DNA of 64,000 nucleotides from the human T2T-CHM13v2.0 reference genome, Homo sapiens. The DNA lies in the NCBI RefSeq assembly GCF_009914755.1, contig NC_060934.1; one strand, given 5' to 3'. This document shows positions 47,216 to 64,000 of the stretch, one piece after another. The position numbers and the translations under genes are program-made. A model generated the notes under the pieces. That model ran no database searches and was not told the origin of the DNA. It saw only the letters and a program-made list of their open reading frames with translations. The number at the start of each line of letters is the position of its first letter. Within the stretch, counting starts at the first letter, position 1.

Positions 47216-47779
47216 CTTCCAAATATCATCTGTGTAGTCAAGGGACTCAGGTATCCTCCTAGATCAAGATGACAGAGCCCTCCCTCACTTGTTCCAAACA
47301 ATCTCCAAAATGTAACATGGCACAGGACTAATGCAAACAGAGAAATCCTTAAGTATTGCTTCCTTCTATTTTTCTTGAACAGCCTCCATAAAGTCCTGGT
47401 GAAGTGGATGTAATTCTCAACTCCAACAGCATCCAGGATCAGGGTAAGATGTGTTCTTCAGGCTTGTTGATAATGCTTCTTATGGACTGAAGATTTTTCC
47501 AACTGGAAGGAGAGGCAGACAGAGAAGCAAGAATCCAACATGATCCTCCTCACCCTCTATTGCCTTGTCTCATCATCCTCTGAAGCAAAAACTCAAATTC
47601 TGAGCAACTGCAAAAGGTTCCACAAAGCCAAGAAGAAGCCTGTTTGAATCATCTGAGGTTTTTGTTGATGTTCTTGCTGCTTCTTTTTAATGTGCCCCAA
47701 ACTTCTATTGTCCCATCCAGATCTTCAGCAAGTCTCTCCTCTTTCTTCTGGGACTAGAATAGCCAGCTGTGTCAGAGAG
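47216..47779 (-). other. USP54: Candidate 564-nt non-coding 5'UTR exon of USP54 containing 9 upstream AUGs
   Basis: Repeat-free block between acceptor TTTTTTTTATTTCTGTTAAAG| (47780-81) and donor AAG|GTGGTA (tandem alternative GTG|GTAAAG at 47213), 122 nt upstream of the ATG exon. A second acceptor lies at 47955-56. The size fits my unverified recollection of a long USP54 5'UTR. Confidence 0.6.
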
Positions 47780-49805
47780 CTTTAACAGAAATAAAAAAAA
47801 TCAAAAGCTTGCGTCACTTAATGACTCTACTGGCTTTGGACTGTTCTGCCAAGATCAACGTTGCCTCACTTCTCACTATAAACTTGAAACCTTGGCAAAC
47901 AATGCCAAAAAAAAAGAAAAAAAGAAAAAAAAAAAAAAGAGAGAGACACCCAAACTAAAGAGAAGGAAAAAAAGGTATGAACAGCTTTACTTTCAGGGGA
48001 AAATTCTCTGAAATTTTCTTGAAGCAGAAGAAAGTTGATCTGGATAGAAATAAAAACAAAATACAAACTTTCCAGTATCAGGCTAACACAAAACAAATCA
48101 CCAAGTAAGCACACACAAACTAGGAACTGAAAGTTCCTTTTGGACATTGTGAATAAAGCACTTTTTAAAAGGTGTTTTCCATGAATATGCTTATGAAAAC
48201 GTGCTTAAAGGTGGGAAGGCCATGTTAGCAGTCTAAGATCTGTTCTGAGTAAAGATGTTCCATCCAGAGAAACACTGATGGCGAGTAAACCACATGTCCT
48301 TAACATGCAGTCCAAGAGAACTAAATCTTCTCCTGCCCTGTTTGTTTGTTTGTTTCATTTTTGCCAGAGGATCAGAGAGATAATTTGGGTTACAAATCAT
48401 TTAATCTCCAGATTATATCCAAGGGCTCACAATCAGAGGCAATCCATTGACCAACTTTAGTTTTCAACTAATTAAAATGCCAGTGAGGCAACAGAGAGTA
48501 ATACCAAAGCAAGTATGTTCCCTGGAAGGAAATCACCACATCTCCAGCTTTAAGTTTTCCTATAAGGCTGCCATGTCCATCTACATAAGGAAAAATTTTT
48601 AAATGTTAAGTGTTAAATTTGCCAACATCAACAATTCCTCATTCTCCCTTCCTTCTCACCATCATATGCACCATCTAAAAACACAAAAATGCTTTAACAT
48701 CTTAATCATTCTCTGGGAGATCACCTAGCATTGTCTACAGCATGTCCAATGGAAAAACTGAGGTACAGGAATATTAAATGGTTGCATAAGACTGTTCTTT
48801 CCCTTCTGTAAATTCCCAGACTATTTATAATCTACATGTCCCAATTAAAGTATTTGATTATACAGCCTACTGTCACATTATTCTCTATTTTTATTACTCT
48901 CTGTTTTATATCGTATCCGTCATAATATGACTACATGAAATGAAATAGTAGCTACAGTCAGGTATGTGCTAAACACGATACTTATGTCCTTTATTTAATA
49001 TTCACAACAGTCCTATCAGATAGCTATTAATAGTTCCATTTTACAGAAAAGTAAAGAGAGGCTTAAAGACATTAACTTGCCCAATTCAACACTGGTAAGT
49101 GGCAGATCTAGAAATGTTTGACTATTAAACAATGACTTAATTATATATTTTATTATTCTATTCCAAAAGCTCCTATTACAGTGCCAGTCATAAGAAGGCA
49201 GTCAATAAATACTGCCTGATGATTAACATGACACTAGAAAAGAACCCATATCTCCCACACAGACTATAAGACCCTCACCTTTCTACACACACCCTCATAC
49301 ACACCCCACTCAAGGCCACTAAGCAACTTCCAACAAGCCATGCAGCATTCCTTCAGCTCAACTGCTGCAAAGGAATGACAAGTACCAAGCCTCCACTTTG
49401 CTCACAGCCAAAAGGACTTGGCAGGCAGGTGGGGTTTCCAATATCCACATTAGGAGCTAACTGAAACTCAGCCTGCCCTATGACACACACTCCTGAGTAC
49501 AGGGAGCAAAAGGAGAAAAACGCAGTAGCAGAGAAAAGATTCTCAGGCTCTGAATGGCAGTATTATGTAGGGTAAAGCAGTAAGTTCTCAGACCTGTTCT
49601 AGATGTGTCACCAACTAGAAGTGAGAGCATAAAGGACCAGACAAGAGAGGCAGTAACAAGTGGTCCAGAGAAATACTAACACCAAAAACATTTCACTTAA
49701 ATTGTAGATATAGCATTAAACAATGTAATCCTTCTCCAATACCATTTACTGAAGATATGTGAGGAGGGGAATTATAGTTTTATCTGTATGGCTCTCACTA
49801 CCTAG

Positions 49806-50102
<297 letters not shown>

Positions 50103-50119
50103 TGAGCCACCGCACCCAG

Positions 50120-52560
<2,441 letters not shown>

Positions 52561-53720
52561 TTGGGCTGGGCATGGTAGCTCATGCCTAAAATCCCAGAAT
52601 GGGAGGACAAGGCTGGTGGATCACTTGAGGCCTGGAGTTCGAGGTGAGCGTGGGCAACATGGTAAACTTCTAGGAAAGTAAAAGCCAAAATTGGGATGGA
52701 AGCATGTCATCTTATTACGTATTTCCTTGTGTAACACAGTTACTAAGTTATATGTCCCACTGTTCCCAATCTGAAAACACTAGCCTCCTGTGGGTAAGCC
52801 AAAAACCTTTCCATGTATGAAATGATGGAAAACAGTGGGTCTCAACCTTTTTGCAGTGCCTCACATCCAGAGGCAGATTTACCAAGCCACTGAAACTTAA
52901 GCTTCAGGACTCTTTCTCTTGCACAGATTCTCAAGGCCCAATATCTCATTTTCTGTTTCAAAAAATATTTTCCTTAAAGGAGGCCCTCTGAATTGCATAA
53001 GCTTCAAGTGTCAGAGAATCTAAGTCTGCCCCATCCACATTACATAAATGGGGCTTTTATAGTATATGTCACTTGAGAAAATACATAATTCAAAAAGCTA
53101 CTTTGAATTCAGTAATACTAATAAATTTGTATTTTATTAATCAAAGAAACATCTAATGTTATTCACTGTATAAAATTTGTTTGAACTAAATAGATCTAAA
53201 TATAATATTTGGTCCACATTTGGATTTTGGATTCTTGTGCTCACAGCAAGTAACTCCACAGTCAACAGGGCTAAATTGAAAAGATCATTACAGATTAAGG
53301 TTGCCAGAATTAAAGACATACCTCTAGAAGCTGGTGACCTTTAGAAAAAAACACTTTCTCTGTATTAGTGAAATACAGAGAATGATTCTTTCACAAGTAT
53401 ACACAGTACAGCTTAATGTGCTACCATTTTTCTCAGGCCAAAGTAATAAACCAGGCTCCAGCTGCAGCCACCCTAATTATCCCCCACTGTATTCTTCACC
53501 AACAAAGTCAGCTTCTCTCAGCCTGTTTCGGAAAAAACCCAAAGCAGTCATTCAAAGGAACTGGCTTGTGCATAAAGGGAGATGAGGCCTGGAAGGACAC
53601 TGGGCCAGGAGGAGCCTGGCGCCCTAAGAGACAGAGGGGTAAATGAGGCCCAGAGAGCTACAGGTTATTAGCATAAGAGATTCATTATGAGCAGAGCTAG
53701 AATGGAACTGAAATCAATGA

Positions 53721-53987
<267 letters not shown>

Positions 53988-54229
53988 TAGTAGAGACAGA
54001 GTTTCGCCATGTTGGCCAGGCTGGTCTTGAACTCCTGGCCTCAAGTGATCCACCCACCTCGGCCTCCCAAAGTTGTGAACCATGCGGTGGCACAGGCGTG
54101 AACCACTGCGCCCATCCAAGGAGATGGACTCTTTAAGCTAATTGACTTCACAGTAACTAAAGTTCAATAAAGTCTTTAAGGAGACACTATTAATTGCATG
54201 TGTAGAGAACTCCATGACATTAATAAAAA

Positions 54230-55385
<1,156 letters not shown>

Positions 55386-55544
55386 AAACATTTTAAATTA
55401 TGCAAATAATTCACTGAAGAAGATGGAACTTTGGGCCCAAAAGGGATTGAGGCATTTGGGAAATAAATATTTATATGTCTAAAGGTAGATGGACCAAGAT
55501 TGATTTATAGGAAAAGAAGAGATGTGAACGGGCACAGTGGCTCA

Positions 55545-55858
<314 letters not shown>

Positions 55859-56690
55859 TTATATGTGAAACCTCTTGGTTTACTGTTTAATATCACAGTA
55901 TGGCAATTATTGGGTGTTTTATTAGTTCAGAAACCTGTTTCTCAGAGCTAAATGTGCGCAGAATGAATTAACAGAGAAGTTTAAAACTCAGCAACATCGG
56001 GGTAAGTAAATGTAAAATGATAGCGGTCTTGTTAGGATGATGAAATTATGGATTTTTTTCCTTTTTTCTATTTTCTAAATTAACTATAATTTATAAATAA
56101 TCTATAAACTATCATTTCCTTAAAATAGGGGTTTAAACACATTTTCCCTAAAAATAGAGTGAAAGGACTTGAGACCAGAGATAACCGACCATTGAGACCC
56201 GTAATATCCTAACAATATGAAAGCTGGTTAATAATTGGTAACTATTTCCTATTTAGAAACAGAGGGCCTGGTGTGGATCTCTATTTCCTTTCATTCTATT
56301 TTCACTGCTGCTGCTACTAAGGTTCAGATCCTCACCACATCTGGACCACTGCACCACATTACTGACTCATTGCCAGTCCTCTAATCCTACATGTCACTAC
56401 CACCTGACTCCTAAAACACATTCCACACCATGTCACTCCTTTTCAAAATATTTAATGGCTCCTAGAGGGAGATATTCTTTTGGCTGGAAAAGAACAATGG
56501 TATTTTTCTAATTCACAGGAAAGAAAATTAATAGATGGATTTTTCATAAGTTTCTCTACCATAATTTTTTCTTACCTACTTAGTCTACTGCTAGCACTAC
56601 AGAAACTTGAACAAATAGTAGCAAAATTAAGAGGGAAAAAAATCAAAGCAGTCAATTGGAACTATTTTAACACCTTTTTTCCTAACTGAC

Positions 56691-57080
56691 AGTGTTAAGC
56701 CATGTTTGCACTGCTATAAAGAAATACCCAAGGCTGGGTAATTTATAAAGAAAAGAAGTTAATCAGCTAATGGTTCTGCACTGTGTATGGGAAGCATGGC
56801 ACCAGCATCTGCTCAGCTTCTGGCAAGGCCTCAGGGAGCTTACGATCATGACAGACCGCAAAGGGAAGCCCAGGTGTCACATGGCGAGAGAGACAAGGGA
56901 GAGGTCTCAGGCTCTCTTAAACAACCAGATCTTGTGTGAATTAACTGAGTGAGAACTCACTCATCACTGAGCTATTCATGAGGGATCCACCCCCATGATC
57001 TAATACCTTCCACTAGGCCCCAACATTGGGGATCACATTTCAGCATTAGATTTGAGGGAACAAACATCCAAATCATATCA
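56691..57080 (-). mobile_element. MST (MSTB-like) ERVL-MaLR solo LTR
   Basis: GCTATAAAGAAATACCCAAGGCTGGGTAATTTATAAAGAAAAGA...GGCACCAGCATCTGCT...ACATCCAAATCATATCA; near-TSD CTGAC/CTGAA. Confidence 0.85.
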
Positions 57081-57292
57081 CTGAATCATGTTCATGATTG
57101 TGATTTTTATGCTGCATATTTTTGATATTCACATATTCTGCCAATAAAATTAATTCCTGGCCAGGCACAGTGGCTCACACCTGTAATCCCAGCATTTTAG
57201 GAGGCTGAGGTGGGCAGATCACGAGGTCAAGAGATCAAGATCATCCTGGCCAACATGGTGAAACCCCGTCTCTACTAAAAATACAAAAATTA

Positions 57293-57448
<156 letters not shown>

Positions 57449-58672
57449 CTAATTATAAGATAGAATTAAATATGTCTGGCACCAGCGTAAAGTTTGAGAA
57501 TCACCGGACCTTACCACCATTTCCAGCTTCATCTACTCATTCACTCACTGATCAAACATTTCATTGATCATCCATTATGTGCCTCTCACTCATCCTCCAC
57601 TCCAAGTACACTAGACTCCTTTCTTTATAACAAATATACCCTGTCCTTTACTTTCTCATTGTCTTGACTCTAATATTGCCTCTCTCTGGAATGCCTTTCC
57701 TCTCCATTTATTCTTGCTGAAAATCTTAACTATCCTACAAGGAAAAGCCTTCCCAGATCATTCTCTCACCCTCTCACCTTTCCAATCTCCCAATTTATTT
57801 CATCCTCCTCTGTGCTCTCAGTGCATGGTGGGGTTTGGATTACAATACTCACATTCTCCCTCATGTTACAGTTATTTGGGTACGTGGACTACATTTTGTC
57901 TTAAGGGCATCTTTCTAATTCCACACAGAGGTTGAATATAATAGGCATTGAATCACTGACAGTTTCATTGAAAGAGAAAACTTTTTGTTTGAAGGTACCT
58001 AGCCTAGAACAACCAATTCTAACATCCTGATAAATTCTGACTCTCCTTAAAGAAAAGAACTCACAAAATGGCCTTATCTAGCTTGAGATACTGCTGACAA
58101 CTTTTTCTAATAGTGACTATATAAATGGAAACAATATTTGCTTCTGATTCAAGCTTGAAAATAGAAAGAGATAAGCATCTACAACCATAAAAAGGGCCAA
58201 GCTATTTGTTGATTTATGAGCTGGTTATCTTAAACTCTCCAGCGAATAGTTACTCAACTCAAACAATTTCCTGAGGGCTGGACTTTGGCAGCTTCAAACT
58301 ATTACATCATGTACAACAGAAGAATTGTATGCTGATAAAGGACAAAAAGTCTTATTTTTCCTGCACAAGAACTTAGATAACTGTCATGTATAACAAATTT
58401 GTCTAAAATTTGTTAAAAAGTAGTTGGAAAGAAAACAAAAAGGCACGTTTCACTTTGTTATAATTGACAAATTATAAGAACTAAGAAATGACAGCTGCAG
58501 GCTACTTAGCCCTTCCTTATAAAGATCTAAAGTTGTATAATTTACTGACTTCTAAAGGAAGCAGCATGGTAGTAGAAAGAACATAGTGGTTAAAAGTATA
58601 CCCTCTGCAGGCCGGGTGCAGTGGCTCACTCCTGTAATCCCAGCACTTTGGGAGGCTGAGGCAAGTAGATCA

Positions 58673-58960
<288 letters not shown>

Positions 58961-59019
58961 TTAGTGGAGATCCAAAGGGTCCCATTCCTAGAGAACATTA
59001 TGTGAATTATACAACTTGG

Positions 59020-59240
59020 GGACACAGAGTTAGTGGAATAGAACAGGTCTCAGCTCCACCATCTAACAGCTGTGGCATATTGACCAAGTTATTGAACTAA
59101 CTCTTAGGTACTTCATCAGAAAAAATGTGACTAATAATAACATCTATCTCATAGGATTGTTATAAGAATTAAATAAAATAATGTAGATACGTATAATTAG
59201 CCCAGTGCCTAATATGTGGTAAGTGTGGAATAAATGTTTT
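59020..59240 (+). mobile_element. MIR fragment
   Basis: CTCAGCTCCACCA.CTAACAGCTGTG...ATAGGATTGTTATAAGAATTAAATAA. Confidence 0.55.
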
Positions 59241-62200
59241 GATGATGATTATGGTGAGGATAATGATGATGAAGAATAAGATGAATCTACATTCCAATCC
59301 TAGCTCCATCACATTCAGGCCATTTACTACCTATAATAAATGTGATCTGCTGAAAGGATGCAACAAAATAATGTACGCAGAATACTTAGGGCCAGGTACA
59401 AAACAGGAATTCCATAAAGAGTAACTGTGATTATGATGACTGACCATCCTCTATATGCATTATCTCTCCCCCATCTCTCTTTCTCTTACAGGCAAACACA
59501 CACACACATATAACTACTATAAAAATTTCAGGAGATTAAACTATAATTGATAGCATAAATCCCAAGGCCATATAAAAAATGGGGAAAAGTGTATCCTTTT
59601 TTTTTTCTTAAATGTATCCTTTGTTGTTGTTGTTTTTTGTTTTTGTTTTTGTTTTTTGAGACGGAGTCTCGCAGTCACCCAGGCTGGAGTACAGTGGCGT
59701 GATCTTGGCTCACCGCAACCTCCGCCTCGCAGACTCAAGCAATTCTCCTGTCTCAGCCTCCATCCATAGTGGCTGGGATTACAGGTGTGTGCCACCACGC
59801 CCAGCTAATTTTTGTATTTTTAGTAAAGATGGGGTTTCACCATGTTGGCCAGGCTGGTCTCAAACTCCTGACCTCAAGCGATCCGCCCACCTCAGCCTCC
59901 CAAAGTGCTGCGATTACAGGCGTGAGCCACCGCGCCCAGCCTGGGAAAAATGTATTCTAAAACCAGTGCATTCTCAATACAATTCACCCAGACTATTGCA
60001 GAAACTTTCTAACTATTCTTTCCTCTCTAATCCCATCTATACAATATTGCAAAAGCAAACTGATGAATCACAATTAGCTTAGAAAACTTCAGTGACAAAA
60101 TACAGCCAAAACTCTGGCTTTGAATGGCCTTCCACAATCTTATCCCCTGCACATTTCCAACCTCATCTACCCTTAAAACATACAAAAAGATTTGTTCTGT
60201 GCACATGCCCAGTTACTTTGTTTTTTGTATTTCTCAATCAACGAATGCTCCTCCCATCTTCCCAGTCCTACCTAATACTAGCAATCTTTTCCACTGAGCA
60301 AACCTATTTGAAGAAGTCATACCACTGGCTACTTACAGTGATAGGAACTACTAATAGTCATACATCAGCAGGAAGGAGCAGTCATTTACATTAATTCATT
60401 TCCCAAATGATTGTCTTTTTAAATACCTCTCCACACCAACTGGGACTTCTCTCTCCCTCCCAGGAACATCATGAATCAATATTTAACCAGTATATCAATA
60501 CTTTATTAGAATACAAGGTAGAAAGTTACATTGCCTTACACTCAACAAATGCTCATTCCTTGTTAAACAAATAAATGAAGAACTAAGTTTCATGAGACCA
60601 ATCAAACTCACATTTTTCCGTTTAGAGATAACTCAGTTACAGGCATAACCAAACAGCTCTTTAGCTTGTCCCTGAATCTCCTGCCAAAATCATATCGCAT
60701 CTAAATCATACCTTGCGCTTCCAAAAGGTCTACAGAAGAAAGATACTCTATTTTATGGTCAGTAGGACAAACGAAATGTTCTTTCTAAACCCTACTGCCA
60801 ATAGTAGCAAACTAGTAATAGCAGTGGTTAAAGGAACAAAAATCAATAGCAATTTATTAGGCCCCTGGATAGCAAAACAATGAGTTCCAGAAAGTTACCC
60901 TATATAATAACCTTCTGATTTAATCATTTAGAACCAGAGATTTTTATCCCGAATTTTATGAATCACTAAGACTTTTTAAACACTTGATTCCATCAATGCA
61001 TTATTTATTAATCATTATAAATATACCCGTACTCAAATTATTTCAGTACAAACAATAATGAAAGTATGACAGTGCTATCAACAAGAGGAAAAAAGGAGGG
61101 GAAGCAAACTGACAGCACTGGCTTGACTCATTTCTGTTGGGAGAACACTGGTACTGAATGGCACAAGCAACTCCAGTGTGAGAGAGCAAGCACATGACTG
61201 ACTGGGAGGGCGACAGAGGATACCAAAGAAAGGAGAATATCTATAAAGAAGATTTCCTCTGTAGGGGCAGGAGGTGAAGGGATGAGAAGGAATGAAATCT
61301 ACTCTAACAGCCTTTACAATACTCAAATGAAAACATGCTACCAGACTTCACACTTTGAGCCAGTTCACATCCTAGCTCTACCACTTACAATTGAGTGACC
61401 TTCAGCAGATTACTTATCCTCTTTCATCAGGTGTAAAATTATAATAATGGTAGCCCACTTAGTGAATACAAACTACATGTTTGGCACTGCGCTAGGCACT
61501 GGACACATGGTATATCCTCTAATTCTCACAATTAACCTGCCAAATAGTGATTATTTTTCTCACTTTGCAGGAAAGAAAACCCATGTTCTTTCTACCTATG
61601 TATAGCCGCTTTGTAGAGGGACAATACTACTACCTGGCCAGGTTGTACTGGGAATTAGAAGTAAATGCAAAGCACTTAGCAAGGACCCAGCACTTACCTC
61701 ATATTAGGAGCTCAAGAAATCATTACTGTACGAATACAACCATCATTTGAATAAGTGCCTCAACTGAACAGCAATGAAATCCCAGAAACAAGTTTCCTCT
61801 CACATCATCTACCATAAAGATGACTTCTAACTAGCAGTAGTTTGGGAGAATCCAAAGCTCATCACTTATAACTGCTTGAAATACCAAAGTATCAACCATC
61901 CAGTATCCAAAAAAAAATTTTTTTTTAATACACACACAAATATTCTTAGAAGCTCAAAACACAAAACGCAAGGAAATAGCCCATTATGAAAGTGATATTT
62001 GACTCAATCTAAATATCAAATATTAAATATTTTACTTTCAAAAGGATCATAGGCCTCATGCCTCAAGGAAGCAGGTGCTAATGAACAAATTTATCTAACT
62101 TCCCAAAAATCATTCCCAGAAGCATCTGTTAACCTGAAGTACTTGGCAAACCATCTCTTAGAATTGACAACATATTGCCAAAATCTTAGTGGATTTTGCC

Positions 62201-62695
62201 AACACTATTCTGCTGATAGGAAAAAAGAATCATTCAGCTACTTTCCAATTTAGCCACAAAATAGGCTCTTTTTTCTTCATTACTACTTTAACCAGTATGT
62301 TAATACTGAAAATAGGTATAAAGAAATCACAAATAACCTTCTTCTGTTTGAAGGAAATTTAAAATACTAAATCCACAATTCTTGCCTTTAATTCTAAGGA
62401 ACTCAAGAAAATCTATGAATTTTTTTTTTTTGGAAAAAATATGAAATCTCCAAAATCTAATAATTGTAACAGAGAGGAGGGGGAAAGAGCACAAACAACA
62501 GCTTGAAAGATGCCTCTTGAAAGTTGAGAGTCCTAAAATCTCAATTTCAAAGTTTAATCTACTGCTATTAAAAGAAATAGCTTATTAATCAGTGCTTGGG
62601 AATATTTTTTTTAAAAGAAAGAAAACTTCACAAAAACTAACCGGTTCCTGAATCTTCTATCTATCTGTTTTTACCACAACAACTACAATACTTAC

Positions 62696-62800
62696 CAGAC
62701 AGCACAGTCAACCTCCAGCAAAAGACCTCTAATCACGAGGGTATCTGTGGGGCAAGTGATACAAGAATGGGGAGGGATATGGGAATAGCTAGAGCTGTGG
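62696..62800 (-). other. USP54: Candidate upstream 5'UTR exon of USP54 (first or internal; 5' limit uncertain)
   Basis: Perfect donor CTG|GTAAGT at 62695 in a repeat-poor block; two possible acceptors (CCCCACAG|) at 62745-46 and 62795-96; no AUG. Confidence 0.5.
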
Positions 62801-64000
62801 GGAGGGAAGGCTAGGAGGGAGGAGACGACTGTAGCTAGCAACAATGAGAAACTGTGAATCTAAACCACAAGGACTTCCCGCAGAACAGGATATCAGAGAG
62901 AAGGCAATTCTTTTTACCAACTACCAGGAACTCAGCACTGACAATTCATGACAAAGTTAAAAAGGTGGAGCTTCCAATTAAAAACAAAGTAAACTTAAGA
63001 AACTAACCAAAAGTAACTTGAAAGGACGTTATCACAAACTTCACCTGAGGCTTAAGAAAAACAATTATGAAGCTGTTTCCTGGGGCATTCCTGATGACAA
63101 AGGTCATTAAACAATAAGGTTTGCAGGGTGGCTGCTGCTTCCAAAGAAGGGCCAGTCCCCCACAAAAAAATTCCTTTGCACTGCAGTCAAAAGGAGCACG
63201 AGAAGACAACATTTTTGTAGTTGTTTACAGAATAATCAAAACAATGTTATTGTTGGAATCCCTAATTCAGAATTCCAAGACTGGGCTTAAATTAAATCAA
63301 ATCATTTTAATAGGCAAAACTCCTCCAACTGTCTTAAACGAGCCACACTATTAAAGAAAATTATTATTTAAACTGAGCCATTGGAATCTACTGAGTCAAT
63401 TTTAAAATGCTTGGGATCTAAGGGTTCTCAACCCCAAAGTCCACAACAGGGAAAGATCTCCACCCCTCTCTCGGGGAAGAGACCTAGTTACATCACCAAG
63501 AACAAACAGCAGGCAGAGTCCCACCCCCAAACATGTGATCAGTCAACCGAGAACTTGCATTTGCAGGCAGGGCACAAAGGCCCCAGAGGACCAACACACA
63601 CCCTTCTATGTATTACCTGAGGTTATAAAACAGTTTTATTGAAAGAAGTTGTTTTATAAGCATACTGATGAAAAAAACTCATCAGCAGAATCCTTGCCAA
63701 ATATGAAGGTCTGTTGTGTTTCTATAGGTTGAGAGAAAATATACGAGTTGACTAAAAAAAAGATGTAATTAAGATTTATTGGTAAAATTTAACAAACATG
63801 GGCAATGTCCAAAACTAATTAAGCTCTTACATTTTAACAATACAGTATATTAAATTGAAGTAGTCCTTTGGCCACAAGGAAAGTGCCACAAAAAAAAAAA
63901 AAAAAAAAAAAGATACTGTTGCTTTTCTTGTTAACCATTAGCATTCTAACTCAGGTCTCCTAGTGGTGCTAGGTGGAGGAGGAGGTAGTAATGCCATTTC

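Noticed and set aside
47892-47908. TTGGC...GCCAA NFI-like palindrome
   Set aside because: Spacer is 7 nt rather than the 5 nt of the NFI consensus
47769-48011. Lys-rich plus-strand ORF
   Set aside because: Produced by an A-rich tract, the complement of the minus-strand polypyrimidine region; no ATG start
56119-56157. MEF2 consensus CTAAAAATAG (isolated bZIP palindromes also at 5585, 21308, 37024)
   Set aside because: Single short motifs in AT-rich DNA are expected by chance in 64 kb; no supporting context

Overview
Primate (human-like) genomic DNA, very rich in Alu and L1 repeats, carrying the 5' part of USP54 (ubiquitin-specific peptidase 54) on the minus strand. Thirteen coding exons can be spliced from the sequence, from the ATG at 47076 to a donor at 1096. 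They give 2060 nt (about 687 codons) in one open frame: the whole USP catalytic domain (C42/H302/D319-D320 intact) plus part of the Ser-rich disordered tail. The 3' end of the gene lies left of the window. Upstream are a candidate 564-nt 5'UTR exon full of uORFs (47216-47779) and a further candidate 5' exon ending at a strong donor at 62696. The introns hold roughly 60 Alu copies or fragments, L1PA/L1M/L2/MIR fragments, Tigger and MER5-type DNA transposons, an MST-type solo LTR, an Alu-split RPS26 processed pseudogene, and a full-length U6 copy fused to an L1 3' end. The most interesting observations are: a translational-control leader (8 uORFs plus an in-frame AUG-UGA start-stop 12 nt before the main AUG, with one uORF overlapping the CDS); inverted Alus around the AUG-containing exons, predicting a circular RNA with a junction-spanning ORF; a GC-AG intron; and the U6/L1 chimera. 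Repeat boundaries and subfamilies were called by eye and are approximate. No prokaryotic-type system or CRISPR array is present.
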